From Monocercomonoides exilis PA203 (taxonomy: Eukaryota > Protista > Preaxostyla): DNA of 64,000 nucleotides. The notes beneath the pieces were generated by a model. That model searched no databases. It worked only from the letters and a program-made list of their open reading frames with translations, and was not told the DNA's origin. The stretch covers positions 1,302,001-1,366,000 of the forward strand of contig LSRY02000004.1 of the NCBI GenBank assembly GCA_001643675.2, read 5' to 3'. The translations under genes were made by a program, and so were the position numbers. Of this stretch, positions 14,102 through 27,800 are shown piece after piece (positions within the stretch are counted from its first letter, which is position 1; every line of letters starts with the position of its first letter).

Positions 14102-16131
14102 GGGTAGTTTTTTTATCCGGATATTTTTTTATATGGGAATGAAAAAATAAATAAATTTTTATTTCACTGTAGCATGTTTGTTTCTTAAAAAAAAGTTCAC
14201 TAGTAATAAATATAATTAATCAACTCTCTCTTGATTTTTTTTCTGGAATTTTCTTGTTTTCTTTCATCTCCAGAATTATCATCAAAAAAATCTCTTTTTC
14301 GTGGAATTTTCCTTTTCTTTGGTTTTTCATCCTCAAACAATTTTTTTTCTACAATTTTTTCATTATCATCATTCATTATCTTCTCTTCTTTCATTTTCTT
14401 TTAATTTTTCCACTCATCCAAAAAATCTTGGTCGGTTATAATTTTTCCATGAAAATCAAATCTATGGTTCTATTTCTTCAGTGTGACAGAAGGCTCATCA
14501 GGTGAAGTGGAAAGAACAGCATGCCATTGGTTTGATAAAACTCCACTTTTAACAAAGGAAGAAACAATTGTTTCAAGCATTAATGCTGTTTGCAGAGCCT
14601 GGTGAAGGGCATCTGCAATTGCTTTTCTTCGAAGAGAGACAGATGAAGAAGAAGGAACGAAATACTTAGTGTTAAAACATTTTTTGTAGACGGCAAATTC
14701 TCCTAGGTCGAGAGGCTGAGTGAGGTGTGTGCTGTGGGGTATAAAAGTCACCACGTCGATCGAGGCATCAGCGAATTTTTGCCAAATGTCGGGCTGAGCT
14801 CTCGATGGATGAGAGTCCAATAGAAGTAGGCATCTTTCTTCATCTTTATTCAAAAGAGTTCGTCTTTCCACGATTCCTGGAAGGAGAACATCTTCTGCGT
14901 ATCTTCTACATATTGCGTCGGTCATCCAGCCATCGTTATCTTCCCAGATATTTATTGTTGAGCTGAGCATCACACGCAGTTCGGCTGGAATTTTCTTTGA
15001 AGGCCATAAAACGATGCTTTTCAAAGAATAACCGTCTGCAGAAGCTGCAACGCACAATGTGGCGTTTGGCATGTTCATGGGCGTTTTGTTGAACCCAGCT
15101 GGCGAATCGGAAGGATGCACAACAAGCTTTTTGGTGGTGTCTGAGAGGCGAAGGGAAGATTCGTCGGTGTTAAATATCAATGAAGAAGAATATTTGTTGT
15201 TGCTATGAAGATTTTGAAGATGTTCAAGGAAAGGTTGGAGGATTTGTTTATTTGACACAGTCAATCGTTGAATGTCGACGTTATGTGGAAGAGATACTTT
15301 GAAGTGCGGATTCTTTTTTATGAATGAGTAGGGCGATGATTTCGAAATTTCAACTTCTTCTTTTTCTTCTTCAAATAGATTTTTTTGTCTGTCAGAAATG
15401 ACAGATTCAATCTATAATAAGATAAAAATAAAAATAAATTTGTTTATGAATGAATAAGCAAACCAATTGTTTCATTTGAGAAATAGAAATGCTCACTCCA
15501 CTTGAACTTTCGCAGCGAATAACATCCTCTACTGTTTTCTTTTCTTCGTCTGTTAGCAACTCTGGGTGACAAATTTTGTCAACTTTTCTTTTATTTTCCA
15601 AAGCTGTAATTGCTCTATTTATGGCTGAACGGCTGAACTCGTGTTGATTCGCTGCGTACACTATTCTTACCTTTCCATCCAAAATATTAGTTGCAATCCG
15701 CCCTAAACGATTTTCTATTTGTATATAATCAAATGCCATCATTTGATTTCTAATGTTTAACAATCCTTGTTCTGTTTTGTTTTTGATAACACTCATAACA
15801 ATAAAATTCTGGTAATGATCTTATTTTTTTTTTTTAAAAAAAATTTTTTTATTAGAAATGAAAAAAAATTAAAAAGTTTTTTTCGATCAAATTCTAACTT
15901 AGTAATACCCCTTGCTATTACCTAATCTCCTCAGGTGAGGCACTAATCAGAGATGGAGGAGCTAACCCCCCCCCATCAGAAATTAGGTGTAGAAATTTCA
16001 TCTGAAATTCTAATTACTGACTTTTCCTAATACATCAAAAATATTATAAAATATCCAAAAAGTGGGAAGAAATAATTCAAAATTAAAAATTTTGTCCGGA
16101 TAAAAAAAATGTCCGGAGAAAAAAACCACCA
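14102..16131 (-). mobile_element. pogo/Tigger-like (Tc1-mariner superfamily) DNA transposon, ~2.0 kb, imperfect TIRs, TA flanks
   Basis: Left end TA|GGGTAGTTTTTTTATCCGGATATTTTTTTAT (14100-). Right end, reverse-complemented, TA|TGGTGGTTTTTTTCTCCGGACATTTTTTTTATCCGGA (16133-). The ends enclose a DDE_1-type transposase. Confidence 0.85.
14470..15796 (-). CDS. pogo-family DD35D transposase (N-terminal HTH region + DDE_1); exons 15796-15464, 15411-14470; probably C-terminally truncated by nonsense codons
   Basis: Catalytic motifs IFNTDES, LLLLDSHPSR and THLTQPLDL with 35 aa between D2 and D3; GWMT motif; HTH-like N-terminus. The 52-nt intron GTTTGC...TAG joins the ORFs in frame. Confidence 0.85.
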
Positions 16132-17684
16132 TACGTTTTCCCAATAAACTCGAAAATGCAGAAAAGACTTAAATCTGAAAACTTATAATTGTTCAAAATA
16201 AATAAAGGATAAACAAGTCTTTTCATTGAGAAATAATTCATTCAATCCAGATTTTTTTTGTTAGTTTTGTTTTTCAACGTAACTTATTCATTTAGAATAA
16301 CTCAAATAACAACAACGTGAATCCAGATAAAAAAGGATCGAAACATAAAGAGTATTAAACAACTTTTCGTGGCAAAATCTTTTCATGATTATGAATGACA
16401 TCGTTTTTTACAGAATTGAAAATTCAATTTTCTTTGGAAGTTTTTTGGTTTGAATTCTGAAATTTTAGTTATTATTTGAAGAAAATTTTGGGTATTCAGG
16501 ATTTTTCTTGGTAGATATAAGCATTTTTGTTTGACTTTATGTGCTCAAAATATGAAACTGAAATTCGTTCGTTTTTTCGTATTCAAATAATAAAACAAAA
16601 TAAAATGCTGCAATTACAATGATTCACATATACAGATGAAAATATCCAATTTATTTCGAAAACTGAGAAACTCTCAAAAAGAAATGAGTGACACAATTTT
16701 TTTATGCTATAGGCAAAAAAAGAAAAAAATAAAATAAAAAAAAACTTGTAACTCAGCATTTTCAACTTCTTTATTCTTTCACATATTTTTAACAAGAAAA
16801 GCAAAATTTTGTTGTTCAACAGCATTAAAACATCTTGTTTTTATATGTTTTCGAATATAATATTGTTGATGTGAAGCAAAATACTTTTCTTCAGGTATTT
16901 TCATAGAAAAATTTTGAACTTTTCATTGACTTTTTTATATCAAAAAAAACACAAAAAAAAATGGGTCCATTTTTCGACATTCGTGAAATGTTGGAAAACT
17001 TTATGTTTTGATTTCAACGATGCCTGTTTACGAAATTGAAAATCAAATTTATTTTGAAATCTGAGAAAGCGATATAAAGTTATGAGAGAAGTTATTTTTC
17101 AATGTCTTGTGCTAAAAATACTTTGAAAGTCCGTTTTTTCCCCCATGTTTTTGACCAAAGTATTTGTTATCCATCAAATATTTCAATATCTGTCTAATTA
17201 TTTTGTAGTCAAACCTTTTTAAAGCACAAATCAAAATTTCCATTACAATTGAATTTTGGAAAAATGAACTAAGACAGTTTTCACGCATTGTTTGTGATGT
17301 TGTTTTCATGAAAATATTTTTTTCCAACAATTATAATGCGATTTAATTCTTGTTCAAAATCCGAACGAAAGAATGATCTTAAAAATGTTCATTTTCATTT
17401 TTTAATAATCAATTTTTCATTAATTTTTTCTCACAAGGATAATAAGGTTCAGAATTCTTGCATTTATGAAAAAATCAATGATTTGTTCCAAACTATTTCC
17501 ACACCCTTTCATTGCAAGTCTTTCATTCCAATGAAAAAAAGATTCACAAAAATTCAAAAATTGAGAAAAATATTTGTTTGAGAAGAAAGGAACAAAATTT
17601 AAAAGCAAAATATTTTGCCTCATGTTTGTTTCACAAACCATAATCATCGTATAATTAACACCCATCACTTTTTTAATTATTTTA

Positions 17685-18616
17685 ATGGTAGATAAAACAA
17701 AACTTGTTTCTTATGTTTATAGCGCTCAATTCATATTTGCTGGTTTGTATTATACAATGTTAATGAATAAAATCGTTCTAAAGTGGTGTACATGAACTTT
17801 GCAAGATTCAACAATCGACTTTTCATGCATATGACAAAATCAATTTTCATACTTCTGTTGATTCCTCTCGACTTATCTCTTTGGGACTGGAATAAAAGAC
17901 AAGCCCAAAGAATAACGGCTTCTTTTCCGGCATCATTCAGACGTATTTTCCCTCTTTAACTGTTGTTTTTTAAAAAATGATTTGCTTTCTTTGTATTGCA
18001 GAATATCTTGCATTTGGAGAATTATGCAGTGCAATTGGAGATCAATTTATGATTTATCCAAATCAATTTTTTGGATTGTTTTTCGGTGCAAGTTTCTTTG
18101 GCCTTGCTCATGTATTCTACATTCTTGCATATTTCCCTCGTTGCTCAATTTCGAACAAATTAAAATGGATTACTTCTTCTATTATTGGCTTCACTGTTGT
18201 GTTGTATTTTTATGCAGGCCTTTTTAATTGGGTCAAAAACGATATTCTTATTGCTCTTGGACTTTTTGGTTATCTTTCCCTGGAAATGTTTACTATCGTT
18301 GTATTTGTGTGCACAGAACTTTCTCCTGAACATTGCAGGTTTGTCATTTTTTTAATAAACTTCATTTTTTGGAAAAAATGTTTGACTTAAATGAATTTTC
18401 GAATGATATTCAAGGAAATGCCACTTCGTCGGACTGATTGGAACTTTGTTCTTTTTTGTATCAGATATCATTCTTTTCTACCATCTATTTCGACCAGGAT
18501 ATTGGCCATTGGAAAATGTTTCAGTGATGATAACGTATTATTTGGGTCAATTTTTGATTGCCTTTTCATCAAGACAACTTACATGCTCGCATGGAGGCAA
18601 AAAAGTTGCAATTTGA
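17685..18616 (+). CDS. YhhN/TMEM86 family membrane protein (putative lysoplasmalogenase), ~251 aa; exons 17685-17742, 17784-17942, 18002-18338, 18415-18616
   Basis: Family motifs SAIGDQFM, GASFFGLAHVFYILAYF, GTLFFFVSDIIL and MITYYLGQFLIAFS; multiple hydrophobic helices. Three introns keep the frame (756 nt). Confidence 0.8.
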
Positions 18617-18778
18617 GATGATTATGTTATTTATATCATACGTTAAGCTTAAATTTTTAGTTAAACATTTCAATATTAGATCAGAAAATTGTTTTGGTAT
18701 ACCATAAAAAATTAAAACAAAAATTAAAAATTTGTTGGGAAATAATCAATTACAGAAAATTGATTATTCGTATAATAA

Positions 18779-21700
18779 ATGCTAAAAGCTATTTTCAATC
18801 AAGTAGCTTCTATTGCGAATCCATCTCCAACATTTGCTTCTTATAGAGATAGCGAGAAGTTTTTTTCTCGTCTTTCATCTTTTGGATATATTTCAGAAGC
18901 AGATGCACAATTACTTTCCCAAACTTTTCATGGATTTAACTATCCTATGACATATGATTCATTTAAGCTTGGATTATCATGGATGATGAAGAGAGATGAT
19001 CAAATGAAATTTTTCCCTTTTCTTTCGATAGTAAATGAATATTCGAAAAAAGAATTCGTCCAAAAAAATGCAGGATTACATGGAATGCCGTATGAAACAT
19101 CAATTTATTCACATTATATGAATTCAATGACAGAAGAAGGATTGCGGGGAATAGAAAACGAAGAGAAAGATACAACAGCTGTATCTTCTTTCTTTTCCGA
19201 TCCGACAGTTAACATGGGCTCTTGTATTGATTCTTGTGATATTGAAATGGAATTCGAACGCTTTATTCATCGATTAGCTTGCACAGGTGAAGAATTTATA
19301 ATTGAAGATGAATCTCTTCGTCAATTTTTTGAAGAATTTGCAGATGAAGCTGCAACTGATTGCACACAATTTGGACAAATGGAAATGATGCGTCGTGGAA
19401 CTCCAGAGCGTTTATTTCAAAGTATTCTATCAAAAAGTCCAACGGATGAGAATAAAGTGGACGACTGTGTTCTGAATTTGTTTTGGAACAAGCTTGATGC
19501 AAAGCCATCACTGGCAATTGTAAATTCACTTTTTCTTGCAAAATATCGTGAATGCAAATTTATTCAATTTCATCATAAAGATACAAACATACCTAAACCA
19601 CCATTGGGCTCGAAATTACCAAATTCCACAACTTTCTTGCGGATTAATCAAAAGCCTGAAATGAAAAACGCAAGTTCTAAATCTTTTTCTCAAAGCAAAG
19701 ATTTAGAAAGAACGATACAAACAGCGATTATAGACCAAAATACACCAAACGAAGACGATTCAATGCCACAGCGCTTGGAATGGAGTTCGTGGATGGATTC
19801 TTTGAAACATTACCCAACAGATGTGCTAACATTCACCCGTTATCCTCAAAAATCAAGACTTGAAGAAAAGATTCCTTTGAATGCGACAACGTCAAATGCA
19901 AATTCATTACTTGCATTTTCCTCCAGCGCGCCATCAAAAGACAAGCAACAGAAATTAAATTCTTCACTTGATTTGTCGCAGCAAACGACAGCCAAATCGT
20001 TCGCAAAACATTCATTATCTCCACATTTTAACAAAGCTTCTTCTTTTTCAGCCAACATGAGCAAAAACAATACCTCTGACTTGCCTTTTATGCTGTCTGT
20101 GTTTTGCGCAACTGTGAAAGTGCATAAACTCTTCCAAAAATGTGGGGAAGAGTTTGAGCTTTGGAAGAAGGAAACTTTGGCAAAGAGAAAGGAAATCAAC
20201 GAGAAGCGGAGAGATTTCATGAGGACGGGGCTACTTAGCAATGAAGAGGCGGAGAAAGCAAAACGCATCCGCAAAGAAAAGAAGAGGCGCATTCTGAAGA
20301 GGCGAAGAGAGCGACTTCGAGAAATGGGCTTTGATGTTGACTCTGAAAGTGGCACAGAAGAAGAGGGCAGTGCAGCAGAAGCAGGCGAAGAAAGCTACAG
20401 GAAAGCAGAAAAATCTGGAACAGCTTCTCGCATCTCAAACAAAGTCCAACAAGAGTTGGATTATGAACCAGAGGAAGAGGAAGAAGATCTCATTGAAGAG
20501 TACGTTTCTCGGTTTATTGAGAACAAAACACAAGAATCTCAATATTCAGCGGATGAAACAATATGCAATGACACAGCATATAAGCAAACTAGTTGTTCTG
20601 TTGGATTGAAATCCACCTCAAATTCAAAGCAGAAGCGCATTCTGTCTCTCTTTTCGGGGTTTTGCGTTCCGTCTTTACCATTTGTGCTGAATACAAACAA
20701 CTCAGACACGAAATCTTTTGCAGCTTTTTTCCGCCCTCGTGGAGTTGTCTTGTCTTCTCTCGTAAGTTCATTAATGTTAGCAGCTGATTTGAAACAGTAT
20801 GAAACAAATATTACTCAATTTTTATTTTATTTTATTTTATTATTTTCATTTCATTTGTTTATTTTTTTATTAATAGATCATCTTATCCAGACTCCTCAGC
20901 AAGACCTGCATTTAAACTTCCCTTTCTTCCTTCAGAGATGCCAATTGTGCTTTTCTGGCTACGGCAATTGGCTCAGACGTTTCTTCTGCTCGAATACACA
21001 AATAGCGTTCCTGTGAATGATGTGGTATCAGAAGATATTATCATTTTGACAGACAAAGGTCTTGAAAAGAGGAATAACTCTGACTTGGAGGTGAAAAGAA
21101 GAAAGAAAGAATCGCAAAGAAGAGCGAAAAGAGCAAGCGAATTGAAACCGGTTGAGGAAATAGAAGGCCCTGCTGAATTTGGCTCTGCGGAAAGGCCAAT
21201 CATTGAAGCAGACTCATCCAATGAACGACCCCAGCCTCTCTCTTTGGAAAACCCTCATTCAAATCAAGATGGAAGATTTGAGGCCAAGCAGAACTTGCTT
21301 TTAAACGCAAAGCTGTTTGAAAGAAAACAGAGGACTCCGTTTGTGTCTGCAGCTTCTACACCCTCTCCATATCCTCTGCTCTCTTCTTTCGCTCCTGGCT
21401 GTTTCACCCTGCGCCACCAGCTGTTCAGCGAAGAAGGCACTTTTTCTGTTGCTAACGCGATCAGAAATTTCGGGTTGATTTGTGTTGAAATTGTGACAGG
21501 AGTTAGACTTGATGAATTCAACTGTGAAGCTGATGCATCTGAAGAGAAGCAGAATGAGAACATAAAGAATCAGTTATTGCGAGAGGCACTGGATCGTCTC
21601 TCTGTGGTTGATGCCGATTTGAGAGCAGTTGTTCTTGCTTGCAATCCGGCTTTGTCTGCGTCTGCTGCTTTTTCTTCATCATCGTCTTCTTCATCTCCTT

Positions 21701-22242
21701 CATCATCAGCTTCTGAAGCTTCTGAATTGCTCAATTCAGAAATGGCACTCACAGCAATATCTTCTTCGTCTTCACAACAAAGCAGCAAAGCAAATGCCAC
21801 AACGAGCATTGACGGGCTTCCATCAGAAATCGCTCAGTCTCTTCTCGAAGCCGAAGAAGAGAGAGCTTTTGAACAGCTTTACCAGAGCTGCAAAGCACAG
21901 CTTGAATTAGCCAGCCCCGGTTCTGTGACTGGGCCTATCTCTGGTGCAGATACGCATCAAATAGCTCCGAAATCTTCGATCCTGGAGCAAGAAATCGAGA
22001 TGGAAGATATGAAGGAACTTGAGATAAAAGATAATCTTCCTATTATTGGGAGAATTTTGCCTGCAAAACCTTTAATCGTGAATGGGCAACTAACACCTTC
22101 TCCTGCACTCGATGTACATGCGAAATTTGTCCCTTTCTCTTCAATGTCTCCACCTTCTTTGCCTTCGTTTGAAGATATCCTACGCCATCCAATATTTCAT
22201 CATAATCCTGACGTATCAGTTCTTGAAGAATCATGGGTTTGA
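18779..22242 (+). CDS. Hypothetical protein (~1127 aa) with a degenerate C-terminal protein-kinase-like lobe; exons 18779-20796, 20877-22242
   Basis: Intron 20797-20876 (GTATGA...TAG) joins two long ORFs in frame. Kinase-like remnants: LFWLRQLAQTFLLLE, IRNFGLICVEIVTG, PSFEDILRHPIF. No HRD or DFG. Confidence 0.7.
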
Positions 22243-22415
22243 CATTGTTCAATTTTAAAATAATTTTTGATCTGTTTAATATTTATTTTAAGAGCTCCAT
22301 AATGTCTCGAATCCCTTCAATGCAAAGTTTAATAATATTGTGAACTTTGCATTTTCAAGATTCTGCTTGAAATTTTATTAATATTTATCATGGGAAAGAT
22401 CAAAATTTCGAATAA

Positions 22416-24374
22416 ATGGCTGCTCCTACCACCGGAGAGCAGTCGCAAGACGTGGTTGGAAAAGAAATTGTTCCAGGATATATCGTCAAGCATCTTGTTG
22501 GACAGGGAACTTACGGAGCCGTTTATGAAGCAATTGATAAGTCAACTGGCGAAATTGTTGCACTTAAAAAGTCAAAAATTACAAATGATAAAGAAGGAGT
22601 TTGCTACAACAACATTTTTAATTTTTTGTACCATCTTAAAAATCAACTTTTTTAAGTTTCCGCTTATTGCCTTAAGAGAGATCAAATTACTAAAAAGATT
22701 GAAAAATCCATCAATTGTTGAACTAAAAAAAGTAATTGCTGAAAAAGGTTAATCCACATACATTTAAAACATTTTTTTCCATTGATTTTACAACAATTCA
22801 TTTTATAATAAGATGTTTTTTATTATGTTATGGAATATTTACCTCATGATCTTGCTGGACTGTTGGAGACGGAAGGTTCCCACCTTCCTCTTCCTGTAAT
22901 AAAATGTTACATGAAACAGTTGCTATATGGGATGCACTTATTACATCGAAATCATATTGTTCACAGAGATATTAAACCTGCAAATTTATTGATAAATCAA
23001 AAAGGAGAACTGAAGCTTGCTGATTTTGGCTTTGCAAGAGAATTTGATAAAAAGAAGGATAACGTATTCACTCCAAAAATTATTACGCTTTGGTATCGCC
23101 CACCAGAATTATTGCTTGGATCACAGACATACGACACAGCAATTGACATGTGGGGAATTGGATGCATTCTCGCAGAATTTTTAAATTCTGGACGGAATGT
23201 TATGCCAGGAAACAGAGAATACGAACAATTAAATATGATTTGGAAGCTATGTGGAACCCCAGATACTGAAGATTGGCCAGGTGTTGTTGACTTACCATAT
23301 TATAAGGGAACAAAAGTTTCAGACAGAAAGGAATTGGAGAGCTACAACATTCGACCAAGAGAGAAAGCACGAGAGAAAGATGCCAGCGACCAAGGAGATG
23401 AAGAGGAAGAAATGCTTATTTGCATGAAACCGAGTGTATTCCGCCCTCGTATGATTCGGCAGAAGTTCCAGCACTGCGACAGTCAAGCAGTTGATCTTGT
23501 TGACAAGTTGCTGCAGCTGAACCCAGCAAAGAGGTTGAAGGCTCATGAGGCGCTGCTGCACCCGTTTTTCTGGAGCGACCCATTGCCGTGCAATCCAGAG
23601 GATGTGCCTCCGTATTCGGTGGACTGCCACTCTTTGGATGCACGCAACCGCAGACTCGAAGGCGCAAACCACCATCAGAACGAAGGGAAGCAGCGGAAAG
23701 AGAATGATGCTGACGAATCAAATGAGCTAAAAAGAAACACACGGACGATGAAAAGCGAAGGAGCCGAAGGGAGAGAGAGAAATGCTGCATCGAACGAAGA
23801 GAAAGAAGAAGAGAAGGAAGAGAAAAAGAAAGAAGAAGAAGAAGGAAAAGTTAAAGAACAGAAGAAAGAAGACGAATTGATTGCAACATCATCTCCAAGC
23901 ACAAAAACTTCTGCAATGGCAAATCTCTCTTTTACTTCAAAGCTTTTGCAAACCACTTCACTCCAATCATCTTCAGCAGCACAACACAGACACATTCTTC
24001 CGACACGACCTTCCGCAATAACAACTACGCAACCTTTTATTGTTCCTTCATCGTCTTCTTCTGTTGCATCGTCATCTTCATCTTCCTTATCTCTGCAATC
24101 TTCAGCTCCAAAGATGCAACAGGCATCAGATTTTGCTGCGCGTTCATCAACACATGCGCTTGATGGATCACAGCAGCAATCAACAAACACAGCGCCTTCT
24201 CTCCTTCCGCATCGCCCACAGCGTCCTCTTTCCACTTCATCTGCATTCACCACACGTCAGCCGTCTTTATCTTCGTTAACCTCCCAGCCAAAGAGTGCTG
24301 CTTTTCAGCCTCCTCAAAGGCCTGAATCGTTTTCCTTTTTGCCCCAGCATCCATCAAAGCATCCGAGAGAATAG
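22416..24374 (+). CDS. CDK9/CDKC-like (transcriptional CDK class) cyclin-dependent kinase, ~611 aa; exons 22416-22598, 22657-22747, 22813-24374
   Basis: GQGTYG, VALKK, EGFPLIALREIKLL (PITALRE-like), HRDIKPAN, DFG, FTPKIITLWYRPPELLLG, IDMWGIGC. Low-complexity C-tail. Confidence 0.9.
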
Positions 24375-24744
24375 TTAGTGGATAAATAACATTACTACTT
24401 TTTTGTTAAATAAAAAAAGGTTAATTATTTAAAAGATCTTCTATATCAGTTTAGATTTAATTTCACTATTTTTAAAAAAAAACAATTGTTAGAAAATCCC
24501 TGAAAAAAGGAGAGAATCATTTCATTTCATTTCTTTTCTTGATGTGCCAAAAAATATGTACGATGATTTATTAATGAACGCAAAATGATCTAAAGAGATT
24601 ATGTGCTCAGATGAGTCAAAAAATACTTAAAAGCGAATTCAAATATTTTACATATATAAAGAAGCAAATTCTCCACTAGTGCAAATCAAATAATAAAAGA
24701 AGCAAATATTTTTGAAAACATAAATCTCTTAAAAAAATATTTTT

Positions 24745-24776
24745 AAAGAAAAGAAAAGAAAAGAAAAGAAAAGAAA
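24745..24776. repeat. (AAAAG)n microsatellite ~100 bp upstream of the left giant gene
   Basis: Tandem aagaa units read directly. Confidence 0.85.
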
Positions 24777-24876
24777 TAGCAAAAAAGCCTGCTATTCAAA
24801 TGGCGTTTCATAAAGTTCATGAATAAGTCTTTAATGTTTGACCAATTAGTTGCATTAATTCCCAATATTCAGAAAT

Positions 24877-27800
24877 ATGATTTTTGCGTTAATATTCGGA
24901 ACGAACTATCTTGTCTATTTCTGTTCTTGCGAATTAATAAATGACAAAAATGGCTATTTTGAATTTGAAAAAAAAGAAGAACAATTTTACGGATTACTCA
25001 AATGCACAAATGTCGATTTTTCATTTTTCAATGATTTGAAATTTATTAAAGAAGCAAAAACATTAACTGAATTTCGACTAAATAATTCCACCTTTTGTAT
25101 GACAAATATCTGTTCAATGAAGTCAGTTTATAAATCCATCTTTCAAATTAATTTCAATTCTTTTTGCTGTTTATCATCTTGTGAAATAATTGTTTATCGT
25201 GAGTCGAATGTTCCAATAATCTGCAACGGGACCGTTTGCTTCGAGAATATTTCCTTAAAAACAACAAAAGACATGTTATGTCAAAGCGTTGTCTGGGCAA
25301 ATGAGAAGTCAAAACTCATAATAGAGAAGTCATTTTTTTCGGATTTGTATTTGACAAAAGAAACAAATTTTGTCCATTCACAAAGTTGTTTCAAAGAAAG
25401 CTTGAAAAACTGTATGTTTTTGAATGTCACTCGATCATATCCTGAACCTCGAAAATGTCAAAAAACAACAGGATCAATAATATTTACAGTACAAAACTGT
25501 TTTGTTGATGATTCGACAATTTTTAGAGATGGTGGAATTATGCATGGAGAACTACGACTAAACTGTTCAATAATCTTCAATACTTCTTTCATAAATAATA
25601 AATATAGCCAAAATATAGAAATAAGCAAAGAAATACACAAAGACTTAACAACAAACCAATCATTTTCATTTTGTGAATGGAGTAACTGCGATGCAAGTTG
25701 TGGAGGAGCAATCTTTATTTATGATAACGTTGATGCAGTAATTCTAATCGACAATTCAATTTTTACAAAATGTAATGCCTTGTCCACTCGAGGTGGAGGG
25801 ATTTATGCTGAAAATATCTCAGAGTGCATTGTTAATAATTCTGTATTTTTGGAATGTGTAGCATCAACGAAAAATTCTGATGGTGGCGGAGGTGGAGTTT
25901 GCTGCATGGAAATTAGAAATCAAGTTTTAGTTGAAAACTGTTTGTTTAAAGATGACTGGTCAGGAAATGATGGAGGAGGCATAGACATATGGTATTGCTC
26001 ATGCAGTAGGCAAGATCACTGCATAAAAGATTGCTTATTTAACAACTGCAGCGGTAACAATAATTCCAGCTCAAACGGTGGCGGGTGCGATGTATGGTTT
26101 CCACAAACGATTTCCGTATGCTGTTCTTGTAGTTTTTGTAATTGTTTCTCATCTGTTGGAGCAGGGGGTTACAGTGTAAATGCATCTTTATCAAACGATG
26201 TTATGCTTCTGAAATATTGCTTTTTCCATAATAACACCGCTTTGATTTCAGGTCATGATGTTGTGATGCATCTTGGAATAACGAATTGCATTGATCCAAC
26301 ATGCTATTCAACTCGTATAACATTAAATAGAGTAAGTACAAAATGGAATTCAATAGATGATAAAAGTGAATGGTTAATTAATTCTGAAAGAAAAACAAGA
26401 TATGTTTGTAGCTCAAAAACAGATGAAAATGCGAAAGACACATATTTTTGTGGATTGGATGAAATACATCCTTGCGAAACACTGAGCCATTGCATCAAGC
26501 AACTCGTTCCAGACTATGTGAATGATGTGATGGTGATGGTTGGAACTGTTGTTGAACGTGATGAAGTGAATGCTAAGTCAAGCACTTTCACGATTAGAGG
26601 AGCAGAATTGGAAAGATGCATTGTTGAAACTGAGCTGAACAGAGGTGATCTATCTCTTTTTTCAGTTGGTATTGGACAGCTGAATGTGAGAGATTTGAGT
26701 GTGATTCACAGATCATCATTGGAAAGCAACAGACAGTGCCAGCTGTTTGAGATAAGAAGTGCAGGGCTAATGAATGTTTCAAGAGTCAATATCCGCATGG
26801 ACGATACTCATAGTGAAAACACTTCCTTTGAATCTTCACTGGTTGTGATGAATGGCGGAAGACTGAAAATGGATTTTGTGGTGTGGTCAAAAACGATATT
26901 GACAGAAAGCGTTGTAAAAATATCAGGTTCAAGTGGAGCTGAAGCTGAAATTATGAACTGTTCTTTCTTGAATATCAAAAGAACAAGAGCTGGAGCATCT
27001 TTGGTCAGCTCGGAAGAGTGTTTCTATTCAATGAGGATGGAAGAATGCACAGTTGATGAATGTGGGAGCAAAACATCTGAATTTGGAGGAGGATTTCTGG
27101 TTGAAATCAAGGGAAATAATTATATGGAATTTAAAGGAGGAAGCATAAAAAATTGTTATTCATCCGAGGCAACAGGAAGGGGAGGAGGGATCGGGATGAT
27201 AATTGGAGAAGGGGATTCGGACTTTGAGATCTCATGTGCCTTTGAGGGAAACAAAGCAAAGTGGGGAAGTGATATTTTCATTGATTTTCCCAACTTGGAA
27301 TCAGCAGCAAGAAGTGGGAAGATCACTTCATTGACAGCATCAAATTCCACAATCAACAAAATTCGGGGTTTCGATAATGGGGATGAAACAATTCCAATTC
27401 CGCTATGTGTTTATCTGATTCCTTTGCCAAATGAGATTGCTGTGAGCAATGCTGATGCATTTGATTATTCTCGTTGTGGGTTTGCCGAGTTTCCCTGTCT
27501 GACTCTGAAGCATTCACTGGAAAGACAAGAAGATGAAAAGAAGATTGTTGTCGATGGGATGACAGAAGTGAAAAATGAGCTGGCATTTGACTCTTTCCAA
27601 CACACAATCAGAGGGAAAGATGAAAACAGTGGATGGAAGGTAAGTAATGATCCGAATGGAAGTGACGGAAGCATGATAACAGTCATTGCTATTGCAAATC
27701 TTAGTTCGCTAATTTTCTCCATTCCTTCAATTCTTCTAAATCACGAAACATTCTTCGCATCTTCCTCTCCATTATTTTCGATTGAGAGCTGCTCATTGAG

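Noticed and set aside
15960-15990. CTAACCC/TTAGG telomere-like words
   Set aside because: Isolated, non-tandem and inside the transposon.
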